A stretch of DNA of 64,000 bases, taken from NCBI GenBank assembly GCA_038087875.1, contig CM075997.1, positions 7,628,001 to 7,692,000 of the forward strand, read 5' to 3'. Below are positions 10,200-25,281 of the stretch, in pieces; the first letter of the stretch is position 1, and each line of letters opens with the position of its first letter. Made by a program: the position numbers and the translations under genes. The notes beneath the pieces are model-generated. The model was given only the letters and a program-made list of their open reading frames with translations. It was not told the origin of the DNA and searched no databases. Source of the stretch: Malacoraja senta (Eukaryota).

Positions 10200-13100
10200 T
10201 GACTCTCTGACGAATAAGGACTTTTTCTCACAATTTGGTGATCTTATCGCTAGCTTGTTGTCCAAATTTGACCGCGCCCTGATTCTTGGTGACTTTAACA
10301 TTCATGTCTGCTGTCCCACAAAGCCTCTTGTGAGTGAATTCATGAACCTGGTTGAGTCCTTCAATCTGTCTCTACTCACCACTGGACCCACGCACAAGCT
10401 TGGCCATGCACCAGACCTAGTGCTTTCGTCAGGTCTCCCAATTTGTAACACAGAAATTATTGATGCCTGTCTGTCTGATCATAGTGCAATTATATTCGAT
10501 GCATCTCTGCCTTTCTCCTCCCTCAAAATCCCATCTCCCTGCTCACTACTCCCGCCACGTAAACTCCACGACGGCCAATACGTTATCTGAGGCTCTCATA
10601 GCCGCCCCCGACATCTGCAATATTGAGGCGTCTCCCCTCCATCTCAGCACTGACGACCTCATTTCTTTGTTCAATATCACTTGCTCTTCCATTCTGGATT
10701 CTGTTGCTCCTCTTAAAAAGAAAAGGCTAAGCCTAAAGGCTGGCCGTGGCTCAATGACACCACCAGAGCCCTGAGAAGAGAATGCAGAAAATCAGAACGG
10801 AAGTACAAATCTGATAAGCTTCAAAATTCCTTTGAACTCCTGAAAACAATCTTCACAAATACCAGGAAGCAGTAAAATCTGCAATAACAAAATATTTATC
10901 CACCCTTATTTCCAAAAACGCTCATAACTGCACAGTCCTTTTTAGCACCATCACCTCCATCATATGTCCTGCCCCCAGCACCATGCCTAACGGGTTCCAC
11001 TCCTAAGTGCGAGGAATTTACTACATTTTTCACCAGCAAAGTAAAGAACATCAGAACGAACATGTCCCCTCCCATCCGTGACCTGGCTGTCTCATTGGTC
11101 TGTTCGTCAAAATTAGACTGTTTCCAACCCGTTACTCTACCCTCCCTTGTAAAACTGGTCACCACCATGAATCCTACCACCTGCCCCCTCGACAATGTCC
11201 CATCTGCCCTTCTAAAGGATAATAATAATAATAATAATACATTTTATTTTATGGGCGCCTTTCAAATCTCAAGGAACACCTTACAGATTTTACAGTAGAA
11301 ACATGTAAACGGAATGAAATAATTAGTAAAGACATCACAAGTACACAAATTAAAAACAGAATTCAATCCGAAAACAAAAATCAAAAACACAGTATGGAAG
11401 AGAGAGCAGCGGCTGCTAATACGCGCCAGCGTCCAATCCCCCTTCCGGCAGCCATCTTGGACAACAATGTAAAACAATTAATTAACATTTACACACAAAA
11501 ATCATCCCCCCACAATGATTACCACTGTGGGGGAAGGCACAATATCCAGTCCCCAACCCCAGTTCTCCCAAAGACGGCATATTGAGGCCTCCACACTTGC
11601 CTCTACGGGGCCCGATGTTCCTGGCCGTTCTCGCCGGGTGCAGTTGTTACGGCGTCGGGAGAATCCTCGCAGCGGCTGGGACGGCTGGAACGGCCGATCT
11701 CCTATTGGAGTCCGTGGCACCTGAAGCCAACAGGGCCGCGCCGATTTGGAGCTCAGTGGCTCCCGATGTTGGAGTCGGCGCCGCCGCCCGCGGCTGGTCG
11801 CTCCGCAGTCCCGCAGCCCGGAGGTGTTGAGCTCGGCGGCCGCAGCTCACCGGAGCTCCAGCGCGTCGATCCAGAGCGGCGACCCAGGCAAGGCATCGCC
11901 CGCTCCGCTCCGCGATAGCGCTCCAGCGCTGTGCCGCCACCAAAACTGAAGGTGCGAGGCGGTCCCCGCCAGGAAACGCCGCTCCACGCACGCTGGTAGG
12001 CCGCAACGACGGGTCGACGGGGCAGCCCGGAGAAAAAGCCGCCTCCCAGACCAGGTAGGGACCTAAAAATAGTTTCCCCCATTGACCCCCAGAAGAAAAG
12101 TCAAATTCCCCTGGAAAGACAGACATAGTTAACTAAAAACTAAAGAAAAAAGTGAAATTAACGGACGGCTGCTGGTTAGCAGCCGTTCCCCAAGATGGCT
12201 CCTCCTCCTCCTCCTCCTCCTCAAAGGATGTCATTACAATAGCCGGTCCCAGCATCCTCGCCTTCTTCAACAGCTCTCTGGCCACTGGAACTGTTCTACC
12301 TGCTTCAAGCATGCGGTGGTCCAGCCCCTCCTGAGAAAACCTAACTTCGACCCCACCTTGCCAGGCAACTGCAGACCCATTTCGAAACTGCCTTTCCTTT
12401 CAAATGCCCTTGAAAAGGTAATTTTAAGTCAACATGCCTTACCTTCACCAAAATACTATCTTGCAAACTTTCCAATCAGGTTTCAGGGCCCACCACAGCA
12501 CAGAGTCTGCCTTGTTGAAGGTACATAATGACCTACTGCTCATTGTTGACTCCGGCGACTGTGCAATCCTGCTCCTTCTCGACCTCAGCGCAGCATTTGA
12601 TACTGTCGACCACACCATCCTAATTGACCGTCTCCGGTACGGGGTTGGTATTGATGGCACTTCCCGCCTAGATTACTGCAACTCCCTCTACACTGGCATC
12701 AGCCAATCTTCCCTGTCCCGCATGCAACTGGTCTAAAACGCCGCTGCCGAGACTACTGACGGGCACCCGAAAAAGGGACCACATCACCCCGATCCTGGCC
12801 TCTCTCCACTGGCTCCCTGTGCGGTTCCGAATAAATTTCCAAGATCCTCCTTTATGTCTACAAAGCCCTAAACGGGCTAGCCCCCACCTACATCAAAAGT
12901 CTACTTACCCACCACACCAGCTCCAGGTCCCTCAGATCGGCCGACTTGGGGTTACTGAACATCCCGCGGTCTAGGCATAAGCTCAGAGGTGACCGCGCCT
13001 TTGCGGTTGCAGCTCCTAGACTGTGGAATAGCATCCCTCTTCCCATCAGAATTGCCCCCTCCATCGACTCCTTTAAGACGAGACTAAAAACTCATCTTTA

Positions 13101-13275
13101 CTCACAAGCCTTTCTTGACGTCCTCTGAGTGAGGGCTATATGTATGCATTTATGTATGTAATTAATATATGAACCACTGTTGTATAACGTTAGTACCTCC
13201 ACCAATGTAAAGCACTTTGGCCAAGGAGAGTGTTTTGTAAATGGTCTATATAAATAAAAGTGATTTGACTTGACT
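10200..13275 (+). mobile_element. L2-clade LINE, 5'-truncated, RT core internally deleted, interrupted at 11221-12222
   Basis: Motifs LILGDFNIH, LSDH, QSGFRAHHSTESAL, LLDLSAAFDTVDH, SRLDYCNS and GDRAFAVAAPRLWNS. Ends with AATAAA and a (TTGAC)n tail. Confidence 0.9.
11221..12222 (-). mobile_element. 1.0-kb non-coding retroposed insertion with 7-bp TSD
   Basis: AAAGGAT at 11214-11220 and 12223-12229. (AAT)n lies at one end and (CTC)n at the other. The L2 frame (SALLKD/KDVITI) rejoins across it. Confidence 0.8.
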
Positions 13276-13984
13276 CCAATTGCACTCTAAACCTAATGAT
13301 GCCCTTTCGTTCAGAAGGATATTAGCATGCTGTCCCTGATCGGCCCTCCATTCCTTTACCAACGTTGAAATGATCGAGTTCTGTGAGCTCGTCATCACTG
13401 TTAATCGATCCGGAATGTTGTCTTGATCGGTTGCACCAACACAGGATGCCTGAGCCGCCGCATTCTTCTCGCATTGTTTCTATCTTCCAAATTCCAACCC
13501 CTGGATTATCTTTTAATTTTATGTCTTTTACTGAACGAGGTTTAATCTCCTCTTCCGTCAGCTGCGGATCGCTGATATTTGCGCCCTCTTCGTATTTCTG
13601 CCTGGATTTCCATTGGGTTCACCTCATTCCATCTCCCTGTTTCCCGAAAAAGTGTTCGATCTAGAATTTGCCAATGGGACTGCCAATCTTGCCCACTGGA
13701 GCTTGGCGTGTAATAACTCAAAATAACTTCAATCAGCTATCCTCGCACTGTTCGAAGGGGAACAAAAACAGCGTCTCTAGACATCGTTCGAAAGTTTCGC
13801 TCCTGTAATTACACCAGTAGATCAATTCTGCACCCTCTCTAAACTCGTTGCAGCATCGCTGAAGTTTGGCGCTAAATCGAAGCCGAGATAATCTAGGAAA
13901 CTATCGGAAGGTGTGCTTTACATCACTGGTGAGGTTGGATAATATGTTTTGGTATAATATATACATTTATTTGCATGGGAATTA

Positions 13985-14228
13985 TCACAGAGAGTGGTGA
14001 ATCTCTGGAATTCTCTGCCACAGAATGTAGTTGAGGCCAGTTCATTGGCTATATTTAAGAGGGAGTTAGATGTGGCCCTTTTGGCTAAAGGGATCAGGGG
14101 GGATGGAGAGAAAGCAGGTGCAGGATACTGAGTTGGATGATCAGCCATGATCATATTGAATGGCGGTGCAGGCTCGAAGGGCCGAATGGCCTACTCCTGC
14201 ACCTATTTTCTATGTTTCTATGTTTCTA
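13985..14228 (+). mobile_element. CR1 3' terminal fragment
   Basis: Near-identical to the reverse complement of 1680-1918, with a (TTCTATGT) tail. Confidence 0.9.
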
Positions 14229-14279
14229 TCTAATTAAGGTTCGTAATCATGGCTTTGTCCGCAGAAGGTCATGACTTGC

Positions 14280-15125
14280 GGCCACCATAGATTTTTTGGA
14301 GGAGTTGACAAAGGCGATCAACGAAGATGGGTGTTGTCTATAAGGATTTCAGTACGGTATTTGATAAAGATTCTCATGAATGGGCTGGTGCAGAAAATTA
14401 AGCTGCCTGGGAACCACGGCGACATGACTGTTTTGTCTTCAAAATGGTTTACTCGTTGTGAGCAGAGTGGATAGGTTATTCCTATGGCTAAATGTTTCTC
14501 ACCAGTGGTAATTCGCAGGATTTATGTCGGGACGTCAGTTATCCGTCGATGCAGCAGAAATAGATTAGCTACAGAAATGTGCGGATAAATGATAGATGGA
14601 ATTTAAATCGAGCAGCTTTGAGATGTTGCATTTTCGGAGGCTGACTCTAAGGGGAAAGTATACAGTTAATGGGAGGATCTTAACTGCGTTAATGTATATT
14701 GGAGATGGTCTGGTCCATGTCCGCACCTTCCCAAAAAGGTAACATGAGTAATAAAGGAGGCGGATAGCATAATTGCCTTCATAAGGTGGCCGATGCATAT
14801 AAAATTCAGGAAGCCATGTTGTAGCTTTGGAGTACTTTGATCAGGTGATATTTGGAGTATTGTATGCAGTTCTGGTCGCTTCTTTGCCGAAAGGTTGTCG
14901 AGTTTATCCAGAGGGCGTAGAAGAGGTTTAACAGAAGTGTTAAATATAAGAACTGTTTGGGCAAACTTCGATTACTTTCTCTGAAATGTCGGAGGCTGGG
15001 CGGAGACATGACAGAAAGGCATCAAATTGTGAGAGGTATAGATAAAGTAGACAATCAAAACGCATTATCTCGGGATTGAATATCCAAGGCGTGAGGGCAT
15101 AACTTCAAGGTAAAGGCAATATTTC
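14280..15125 (+). mobile_element. Old, heavily decayed CR1 RT/3' region
   Basis: Recognisable CR1 phrases such as TGGAGTATTGTATGCAGTTCTGGTCG and GAGGGCATAACTTCAAGGT. No open frame. Confidence 0.6.
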
Positions 15126-15131
15126 AATGTG

Positions 15132-15160
15132 ACTGGACTAAGTGCGACCCGTTGGGTCCC
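15132..15160 (-). mobile_element. Putative Helitron 3' terminus (hairpin + CTAG-like end)
   Basis: The minus strand reads GGGACCC-AAC-GGGTCGC-ACTTAGT-CCAGT: a GC hairpin followed by a one-mismatch CTAG|T end. Confidence 0.45.
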
Positions 15161-15916
15161 ATTCTCACTCGGGAGGTCTCGTCCCCCAACGCTATTTTCC
15201 ACGTCTCCACCAATTCCAATATTCCACCACTCACGCATAGCCCCCAACTACGCAGGCGCGGCTCACGTTTTCCCGTTGTGATTCCCCTGACCCCCCCTCC
15301 TCCCCTCACCCCCTTCCAACTATGCCCCTTGCCCTCCCCAAACCCCCCCCCCCCCCCACCCACCTCACTCACTCCTTCCTCCCCTCAAACCACCCTCCCC
15401 ATTCCACTTTTAGCGGCTTTCCGGTGGCGCAACCATTCCCACCCATTGGGTTCCCATTGTGACGTTGCACACACAGGTATTACTACGCAGGTGCAGCTGT
15501 CGGGCACGGCAAGTGGAAAACGGATTTATTAAAGTGTAAAATGTGAATAACTCTTAAAATATAACAACAATTTAAACGTTAAAGGAGGAGATTTATTCAA
15601 TCCATTCTTTCTTGTTGCGCCTTGTTGCGTTCTGCAGCCGGGGAGCGGTCGGCTTCAGGCGGGGGCTCTCTGGAGCCGGTGGGGGGGAGCGTCCTGCATG
15701 CAGCCTGGGGAGGGCCACGCCTTCAGGCTGGGCTGTCGGGGGGCAGTGGTGGAGGAGGGGGGAGCGTCATGCAGCCGGGGCGGGGGGACGGCTTCATGCG
15801 GTGGACAGAGGGGGAAGGATTTCTGGAGAGCTTGTATGGGTGTTGTGGGCCGAAGGGATTGGTTTCGGAGGGCTAGTATGGACATTGTGGGGCCGAATGG
15901 ATTCTTCGATTATGTT

Positions 15917-17152
<1,236 letters not shown>

Positions 17153-20100
17153 CTGAAAAGCAGGACCTCCCAGGGTGGTTATCTCCGGTTTGGTTCCAGT
17201 TCCTCGTGCTGGCGAGAGCAGGAACAGGGAGATACGGGACCTGAATGTGTGGCTGAGGAACTGGTGCAGAGGGCAGGGATTTAGATTCTTAGATCAATGG
17301 GATCTGTTTTGGAGTAAGGGGGGAACTGTACAAAAGGGACGGATGGCATTCTGGCAGGCAGGTTTGCCACTGCAACACGGGTGGTTTTAAACTGAGTAAG
17401 GGGGTGGGGTGTCAAATGGGATAGTCGATGATGGAGTTAAATGGAAAGATAGTAAAGTGATAGTTAATGACCCCAGAATTAACGGGAAAGTAAGCTCAAA
17501 AATGGATAGGAGAGTATGGCCAAGTGTAATAGCGATCGATGTTAAAGGCGAGATGCCTAAGGAATTAATATATTGTATATGAATGCGCGAAGTATAAGAA
17601 GTAAAGTAGATGAGCTTGAGGCTCATTTAGAGGTTGGTAGATATGACATTGTGGGGATTACTGAGACGTGGCTGCAGGAGGATCGGGCCTGGGAACTTAA
17701 TATTCAGGGTTATACATTCTAGTGAAAGGACAGGCAGGTGGGCAGAGGACGGGTGTAGCTCTGCTGCTGAGGGATGGAATGCAGTCCCTTGCGAGGGAAA
17801 ACATAGGGAGTGGCGAGGTAGAGTCATTGTGGATTGATTTGGGGAATTGCAAAGGCAAGAAGACACTAATTGGTGTTATCTACAGATCCCCAAATAGTAG
17901 CCCGGATGTAGGGTGTAAGTTGCAGGAGGAGTTAAAAACTGGCATGTAACAAAGGTAATGCCACGATGGTGATGGGGGATTTCAATATGCAGGTAGATTG
18001 GAAAAATCAGGTTGGTTCAGGACCCCAAGAAAGAGAGTTTGAAGAATGCCTCCGAGATGGATTCCAAGAGCAGCTTGTAATGGAGCTGACCAGTGAAAAG
18101 GGAATTCTGGATTGAGTGTTGTCCAATGAACCAGAAATGATAAGAGAACTCGGGGTAAAGGAACCGCTTGGAGGGAGTGATCATAATATGACTAGTTTTA
18201 ACCTGCAATTTGAGAAGGAGAAGGTTCAACCGGAAGTGTCAGTGATGCAGTTGAACAAACGGGACTATGAATGCATGAGAGGGGAGCTGGCCAAGGTAGA
18301 CTGGACATGGATCCTAGCAGGAATAACGGTGGAACAGCAATGGCAAGGAAATTCTGGGCATAATCCGGAAGACGCGGATCATTTCATTCCAAAAATGAAG
18401 AAAGATTCTAAGGGGTGTAGGAGGCAACCGTGGCTGAAAAGAGAAGTTAGGGATAGAATAAACTAAAAGAAAAGATGTATAACTCAGCAAAGAGTAGCCG
18501 GAAGCCTTGAAAAAGCCTTAAAGATTGGGAAACTTTCATAGGACAACAGAAGGAAACAAAACGGGCAATACGGGCTGAAAAGATGAAGTACGAAGGGAAG
18601 CTGGCCAGGAATATAAAGAAGGACAGTAAAAGCTTATTTATATATGTTAAGGGGAAGATAGTAGCAAAGTCAAATGTGCGTCCCTTGAAGTCAGACACGG
18701 GTGAAATTATTATGGGTAACAAGGAAATGGCAGAAGAGTTGAATATGTACTTCGGATCTGTCTTCACTATGGAAGCCGCAAACAATCTCCGAGATGTACT
18801 GGAGGACAGAGGATCTAAGGGGGTCGAGGAACTGAGCGAAATATTTCATTAGGCGAGATATAGTATTGGGTAGACTAATGGGACTGAAGGACGATAAATC
18901 CCCTGGGCCTGATGGTCTGCATCCCAGGGTCCTCAGGGAGGTTGCTGTAGAAATAGTGGACGCATTGGTGTACATTTTCCAATGTTCATTAGATTCAGGA
19001 TCAGTTCCTGTGGATTGGAGGATAGCTAATTTTATGCCACTTTTCAAGAAAGGAGCGAGAGAGTAAACGGGGAATTACAGACCAGTTAGCCTGACTTCGG
19101 TGGTGGGAAATATGCTGGAGTCAATTATTAAAGCGGTAATAATGGGCATTTGGATAGCAGTAAAAGGATTAGTCCACGTCAACATTGATTTGTGAAAGGG
19201 AAATCATGCTTGACTAATCTTCTGGGATTTTATGAGGATGCGACAAGTAAAATGGATGCTGGGTTTCCAGTGGATGAAGTGTATCTAGACTTTCAGAAAG
19301 CCTTTGATAAGGTCCGGCACGGGAGACTGGTGACTAAAATTAGAGCACAGGGTATTTGGGGGTAGGGTGTTGACATGGATAGAAAATTGGTTGGCAGACC
19401 GGAAGCAAAGAGTAGGAGTGAACGGGTCCTTTTCAGAATGGCAGGCAGTGGCAAGTGGAGTGCCGCAAGTGTCGGTGTTGGGGCCGCAACTGTTTACCAT
19501 ATATATTAATGATTTGGAAGATGGAATTAGGAGCAACACTAGCAAGTTTGCGGATGACACAACGCTGGGTGGCGGTGTGAACTGTGAAGAGGATGTTAGG
19601 AGGTTGCAGGGTGACCTTTTACAGGTTGAGTGAGTGGGCAGATGCGTGGTAGATGCAGTATAATATACATAAATGTGAGGTTATCCACTTCGGCGGCAAA
19701 AACAAGGGAGCAGATTATTATCTCAATGGGGTTAGCCTAGGTAAGTGGGAGGTACAGCAAGACCTGGGCGTGCTTATACACCGGTCCCTGAAAGTTGGCT
19801 TACAGGTGTAGCAGGCAGTGAAGAAAGCTAATGGAATTTTGGCCTTCATAACACGAGGATTTCAATATAGGAGTAAAGAGGTTCTTCTGCAGTTGTCTAG
19901 GGCTCTGGTGAGACCACATATGGAGTATTGTGCACAGTTTTGGTCTCCTAATTTGAGGAAGGACATCTTGTGATTGAGGCCGTGCAGCGTAGGTTCAGGA
20001 GATTGATCCCTGGGATGGCGGGACTGTCATATGAGGAAAGATTGAAAAGACTAGGCTTGTATTCACTATAGTTTAGAAGAATGAGGGGGATCTTATAGAA

Positions 20101-20490
20101 ACATATAAAATTATAAAAGGTCTGGACAAACTAGATGCAGGAAAAATGTTTCGAATGTGGGGCGAGTCCAGAACAAGGGGCCCCAGTCTTAGAATAAAGG
20201 GGAGTTCATTTAAGAATGAGGTGAGAAAAAAAAATCACCCAGAGAGTTGTGAATTTATGGAATTCCCTGCCACAGAAGGCAGTGGAGGCCAAGTCACTGG
20301 ATGGATTTAATTGAGAGTTAGATGGAGCACTGGGGGCTAGTTGAGTCAGGGGATATGGGGAGAGGGCAGGCACGGGTTATTGATGGGGGACGATCGGCCA
20401 TGATCAAAATGAATGGCGGTGCTGGCTCCAAGGACCGAATGGCCTCCTCCTGCAACTATTTTATATATTTCTATATTTCTAAGTTTCTCT
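17153..20490 (+). mobile_element. CR1 LINE (second subfamily): end of ORF1 + ORF2 + tail, many frameshifts
   Basis: Fragments VISGLVPVPRA, GGSDHNM, KSPGPDGLHP, SGVPQVSVLGP and KFADD. Decayed TTCTAT tail at ~20460-20490. Confidence 0.92.
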
Positions 20491-20499
20491 GTTTTTCTT

Positions 20500-20698
20500 C
20501 CTCTCTCTGTCACTATCCCTGTGGCTCTCGTTGTCTCTGTCTGTCTTTCTCTCTCTCTGTCTCTCTCTCTCTCTCAGTTTCTCTCTCTCACAGGCACGTA
20601 TTCTCCGTCGCTCTCTCTCTCTCTGTCTGTCCATCTGTGTATCTCTTTATCTGTCTGCCTCTTTCTCTCTCTCTGTCGTCTCGCTCTGTCTTTTTCTG

Positions 20699-20754
<56 letters not shown>

Positions 20755-20816
20755 TCTCTCTGTCTCTCTCTATGTCTCTCTCTGTGTCTCTCTCGCTTTG
20801 TCTCTTTCTCGCTGTC

Positions 20817-20897
<81 letters not shown>

Positions 20898-20930
20898 CTC
20901 TCTATCTTTCTATCTCTATCTCTATATATG
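20500..20930. repeat. (CT)n microsatellite / low complexity
   Basis: Direct reading of the sequence. Confidence 0.95.
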
Positions 20931-21445
20931 TCTCGATGTAAATTACCGCGGGCCCAGTCTTTTCCAGCAGGCGTCGATGATGTCGGGTAGGGTGTGCGTC
21001 TCTGCAGCCGAGGGAGCGGGGGGAGGGGGCGAGGCAGAAGACACCCCGCGCGGTGTCTCCCCGCTCTCGGGTTTTAGCTGGTTCGGGGACCGGGGGCGGT
21101 GAAAGGCCGCGCCGGATATTTCCGGGAGCGGGGAGACACCGCGCAGTGTACCCTCGGCCTCTCGCTCTCCCTCCCCCGGCTCCAGGACGATCGCCCCACC
21201 CCCCGACGCAGGCCGGGTGTGGGGGCAGAAAAGGAAACTTACCCGTGGAGCTGTCAGGTCCCTGAGGATTGAAAAAATGTGTGACGCCCGTCACGTAACG
21301 ACGAGGGGCGAGGCAAGTGGGTGCGAAGTTTTGTCTCGCTAGCACAGAACCCGCTAAATAGCCCGCTGCAAGAGCTTGCTGCAGGCCGGATAGGATCTCG
21401 CTGATTGCCGGATGCGGCCCGCGGGTCATAGTTTCGAGACCCCTG

Positions 21446-22397
21446 ATTAGATGATGGGATTACAAGCAACATTAGCACATTTGCAGATGACATAAAGCTG
21501 GGTGGCTGTGTTAACTGTGAGGAGGATGCTATGAGATTGCAGGGTGAGTTGGAGAGGTTGGGCGAGCGGGCCGATGAATGGCAGATGCAGTGTTAACGTG
21601 GATAAATGTGAGTTTATCCACTTTGGTAGCAAAACCATGAAGGCAGATTATATCTAAATTGTGTCAAATTGGGGGGAAATGAAGTGCAACGGGATCTGGG
21701 GGGTCCTACTTCATCAGTCAATTAAAGTAAGCATGTAGGTACAGCAGGCAGTGTAGAAATCGAATGGCATGTTGCCCTTCATAAAAAGAGGAGTTGAGTA
21801 TTGGAGCAAATATGTCGTTCTGCAGTTGTACAGGGCCCCAGTGAGACCACACCTGGAGTATTATGTGGAATTTTGGTCTCCATATTTGAGGAAGGACATT
21901 CTTGCTATTGAGGGAGTGCAGCTTAGGTTGACAAGGTTAATTCCCGGGATAGCGGAACTGAGAGAATGGAGCGGCGGGGCTTTTATACCCTGGAATTTAA
22001 AAGGATGAGAATGGATCTTATTTAAACATATAAGATTATTAGTGTTTGAACACGCTAGTGGCACGAAGCATGTTCCCGATTTTGGGGGAGTCCAGAACCA
22101 GGGGCCACAGTTTAAGAATAAGGGGTAAGCCATTTAGAACGGAGATGAGGAAACACTTTTTCACACAGAGAGTTGTGAGTCTGTGGAATTCTCTGCCTCA
22201 GAGGTCGGTGGAGGACGGTTTTCTGGTTACTTTCGAGAGAGAGCTAAATAGAGCTCTTAAAGATATCGGAATCAGGGGATATTGGGAGAAGGCAATAACG
22301 GGGTACTGATTGGGGATGATCAGCCATGATCACATTGAATGGCGGTATTGGCTCGAAGGGCCGAATGGCCTACTACTGCACCTATTGTCCATTGTTC
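21446..22397 (+). mobile_element. CR1 3' fragment (RT C-terminus + tail)
   Basis: FADD region, RPHLEYYVEFWSP and FFTQRVVSLWNSLP, with a (CTATTGTC)-type tail. Confidence 0.9.
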
Positions 22398-23351
22398 TTG
22401 TCTAATCCTACAAGGGCCTTTAGTCACTGTCGCCGAAGTAATTCAGCTCCTTCTGCCATGTTTGAAATAAGACACTGTGAATTTCTAAAGTCGAGTTATC
22501 CTAGCACAACACAATCTGTAACCCTATCCCTGACCATAACTTTATCAATGATTTGACGAGTTGCCTTCGGGCCTTTGGGATTTGTTCCTCTTCCTCTCGG
22601 CACGAATCTTGGACAAACTATCCGCGCGGGGGGACCAGAGCAATTGGAAATGTGCGTTAAAACGTAATTACGGCAATCGATAATAATTTGCTGGCGGTTT
22701 TCTAACATGGTATTCCAACATAACCTGGTTCCACGCGAGTTGCGAATCATTCGCAACGGAGGACTAGTTGATATGAATATAATTGAAAAGATAGGACAGT
22801 TGGTGCAGTTCTCCTTTGTTGGGCATTATATAGATCGATGCTATTATGGTGAGAATGTTTCTTGCTACATATAACCAATCGCACATTGCGTCTTGATTTT
22901 ATTGCAGTGAGGCATTACAGGAGAATCTAATGCCAGTCCGTTAATGTCGTTAAATTTAACCGAATATGACAAGCGTATACAGTGTTAGATCTTCACGCTA
23001 CTTTCAATTGCAACGCTAAAACCACCTCAAAAGAAACCTGTCTTTCTTTATATCCACACCACCCACCAACCCCCCCCCCCCCGCACCCCCCCCCCCAGAC
23101 TCCATCACCAAGTCATATCGGTCAATTTACCAGCAGAATGGGGTCAAGGAAGGAGCGTTCACGACGCCGCCCTGTTTCCACAAATCTTTCCATCACCACG
23201 CACACGAACCACAAGAAGCGCAAGACAGACACAATCGTATGCAGATGCCATGAAATGTGTTCAGCCTTGGCTGAACAGCTTCTAATGTTGTGTGTGGACT
23301 CGATAAGAAGAAGACCAGCAGAATAACACTCATAAGCACAACCAAAATCGT

Positions 23352-24035
23352 AATTTATTAGCCAAGTATGGTTTGCAGCTAACGACGAATTTAGTTTGCC
23401 ATACAGTCATAACAACAAAAGCAACAAGACACACAGCTACATAAACATTTACATAAACATCCACCAGAGCGGCTCCTCCGCGTTCCCCACGGTGATGGTA
23501 GGCAATACAGTATTATCTTCTCTCCTCCTTTCCTACCGCGGTCGGGGAGTCGAACCATCCGCAGGCGGCGATAGCGCTCCCGCATCGCGGCGGTCTGAGC
23601 TCCCACATGGGGCGGGTCGAACTACTGCCGACTTGGAGTTCCCGATATCGGTCTCTCACTAGAGACTGCGTGCTCCACGATGTTAAAGCCCGCAGCTCCC
23701 GCAGGTTGGAGCACCAAAGGTCAACCCCTGGCAAAAGGATCGCCGGCTCCGAGATGGTCAGTCCGCAGGCTCCACGGTTTTGGAGCTCAAAAAGTCCCAA
23801 CCAAGAGGCTGCCAACTCCTCGATGTTAGGCCACAGTGCCGACGGAGGAACACCACTAGAAAAAGTCGCATCTCGTCGAGGAAAGAGACAAAAAAAAACA
23901 TCCCCTCCACCACCACCACATAATAGAACACTAAAAATAAACTACAATATACATTTAAAACGAATTAAAAACACAAAAGTAGGAAAAGGCGAAGACCGTT
24001 GGCGAGGCAGCCATCATGCGACGCCCCCTGATGGA
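23352..24035 (-). mobile_element. Non-coding CpG-rich interspersed repeat, same architecture as 11221-12222
   Basis: TTTATT at the left end, then an AC-rich segment, a CpG-rich core, an A-rich block and a GGCAGCC-containing end. No TSD could be identified. Confidence 0.5.
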
Positions 24036-24536
24036 GTTCATGTCGGTCTTTGAAGAATGATGGTTTACCTTCCAGATTATTATTTTTTTTAACACCAATG
24101 CTCTATAAGGAGGAAGTTCTATTGTCATTTGCCTGACATGAATATCTGTGCGTCTGGACTCAGACAAGATCACTGACCATCGGCTGCGCTTAATGAAGAA
24201 AATTGTAACGTGAATAAGCTTATCCCACCATAGCTCAGTTAACCACTCAAAAATATTACCATATAAAATTATAAATGGCAACGTTCCCTCGTGTTACATG
24301 AATCAAAGAATAATACCGAACATTGTGTGTACTATTACTCCGGAAGATAAATGTTTTGCACCTTTATACAATGGTTAAAAATAGTTTACTACGATTGTTT
24401 ATTCAGTGAGCTGTGGTAACGAGAACAATGGGGCGATTCCTCTAATTAGCTCAGTGGAATATCCTTAGCTTTTTAAACGAATCCCCAGAATACGTCGGCA
24501 GTACAATATTATTCATGCAAGCAGTTTACACCGGAA

Positions 24537-24606
24537 ATGGGATACGCAGCAATTTTTTACATTGCAAGTATTTACTATCCTTTCCTTGCAGCTGTTGGAA
24601 TTATTG
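24537..24606 (+). CDS. Exon 1 of class A orphan GPCR (GPR139/GPR142-like)
   Basis: ATG in GAAATGG context encodes MGYAAIFYIASIYYPFLAAVGII (start of TM1), followed by a G|GTAAG donor, phase 1. Confidence 0.85.
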
Positions 24607-25281
24607 GTAAGAAAATGAATTTGGCTACAATTAGTTTTCTTTCTTCCTGGTGCTACATTTGGCAGAACATTTCGCTTTACACCTGCGGATTGAAAAGCGT
24701 GTATTCTCCTATGTCTGAAACACAGAATGAGGAAAGTGCACAACAAATAAAGCGACGGTACCTACTGAGAATTGTCTTCATGTCATCGTTGTGTCCTTGC
24801 AAGCGCCAGCAAACGACAGTTCTCAGCAAAGTAGAAGCTGATTTGGCTTTGCATGTCTTTCAAACTGCCTGTCTGCCAACAACAGATTCCTGTTCATTTT
24901 AAGCACAGGGTTATTTTGGTATATTAGACCTCCGCGAACGACTCCTTGAACACTTGTCCAAAGCCACAAATGACAAAGATCTAACTCTCTGCTCGCCAAA
25001 TGTCGGGTGATGTCGGGGCCTGTCACTGGTCGGCTGTCAAACGAACACAGCTTACGGCCTTCTCGCCCTGACGTTCTCGCTTCTCACCATCCTTCACCAC
25101 CCGACCTCCGGATAGCCGTTCAGGTTGCTGCAAATCAGCCTCCTTTTTCGGTAAAGGCAAGCGACGCTGATTTGTTTTCGGTCGGGTCCACGTTATTATT
25201 TATTTTATTTTAGCAATTAATTCAAACTACTTAGATTGAGCATTTCCTTAACTAATTTTCTACTTTATGTGCCTCTCACAG

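Noticed and set aside
25236..25281. ORF-track start of the GPCR (MSISLTNF...)
   Set aside because: It starts at a non-ATG codon within the polypyrimidine tract of the intron. The upstream exon at 24537 completes TM1 in frame.
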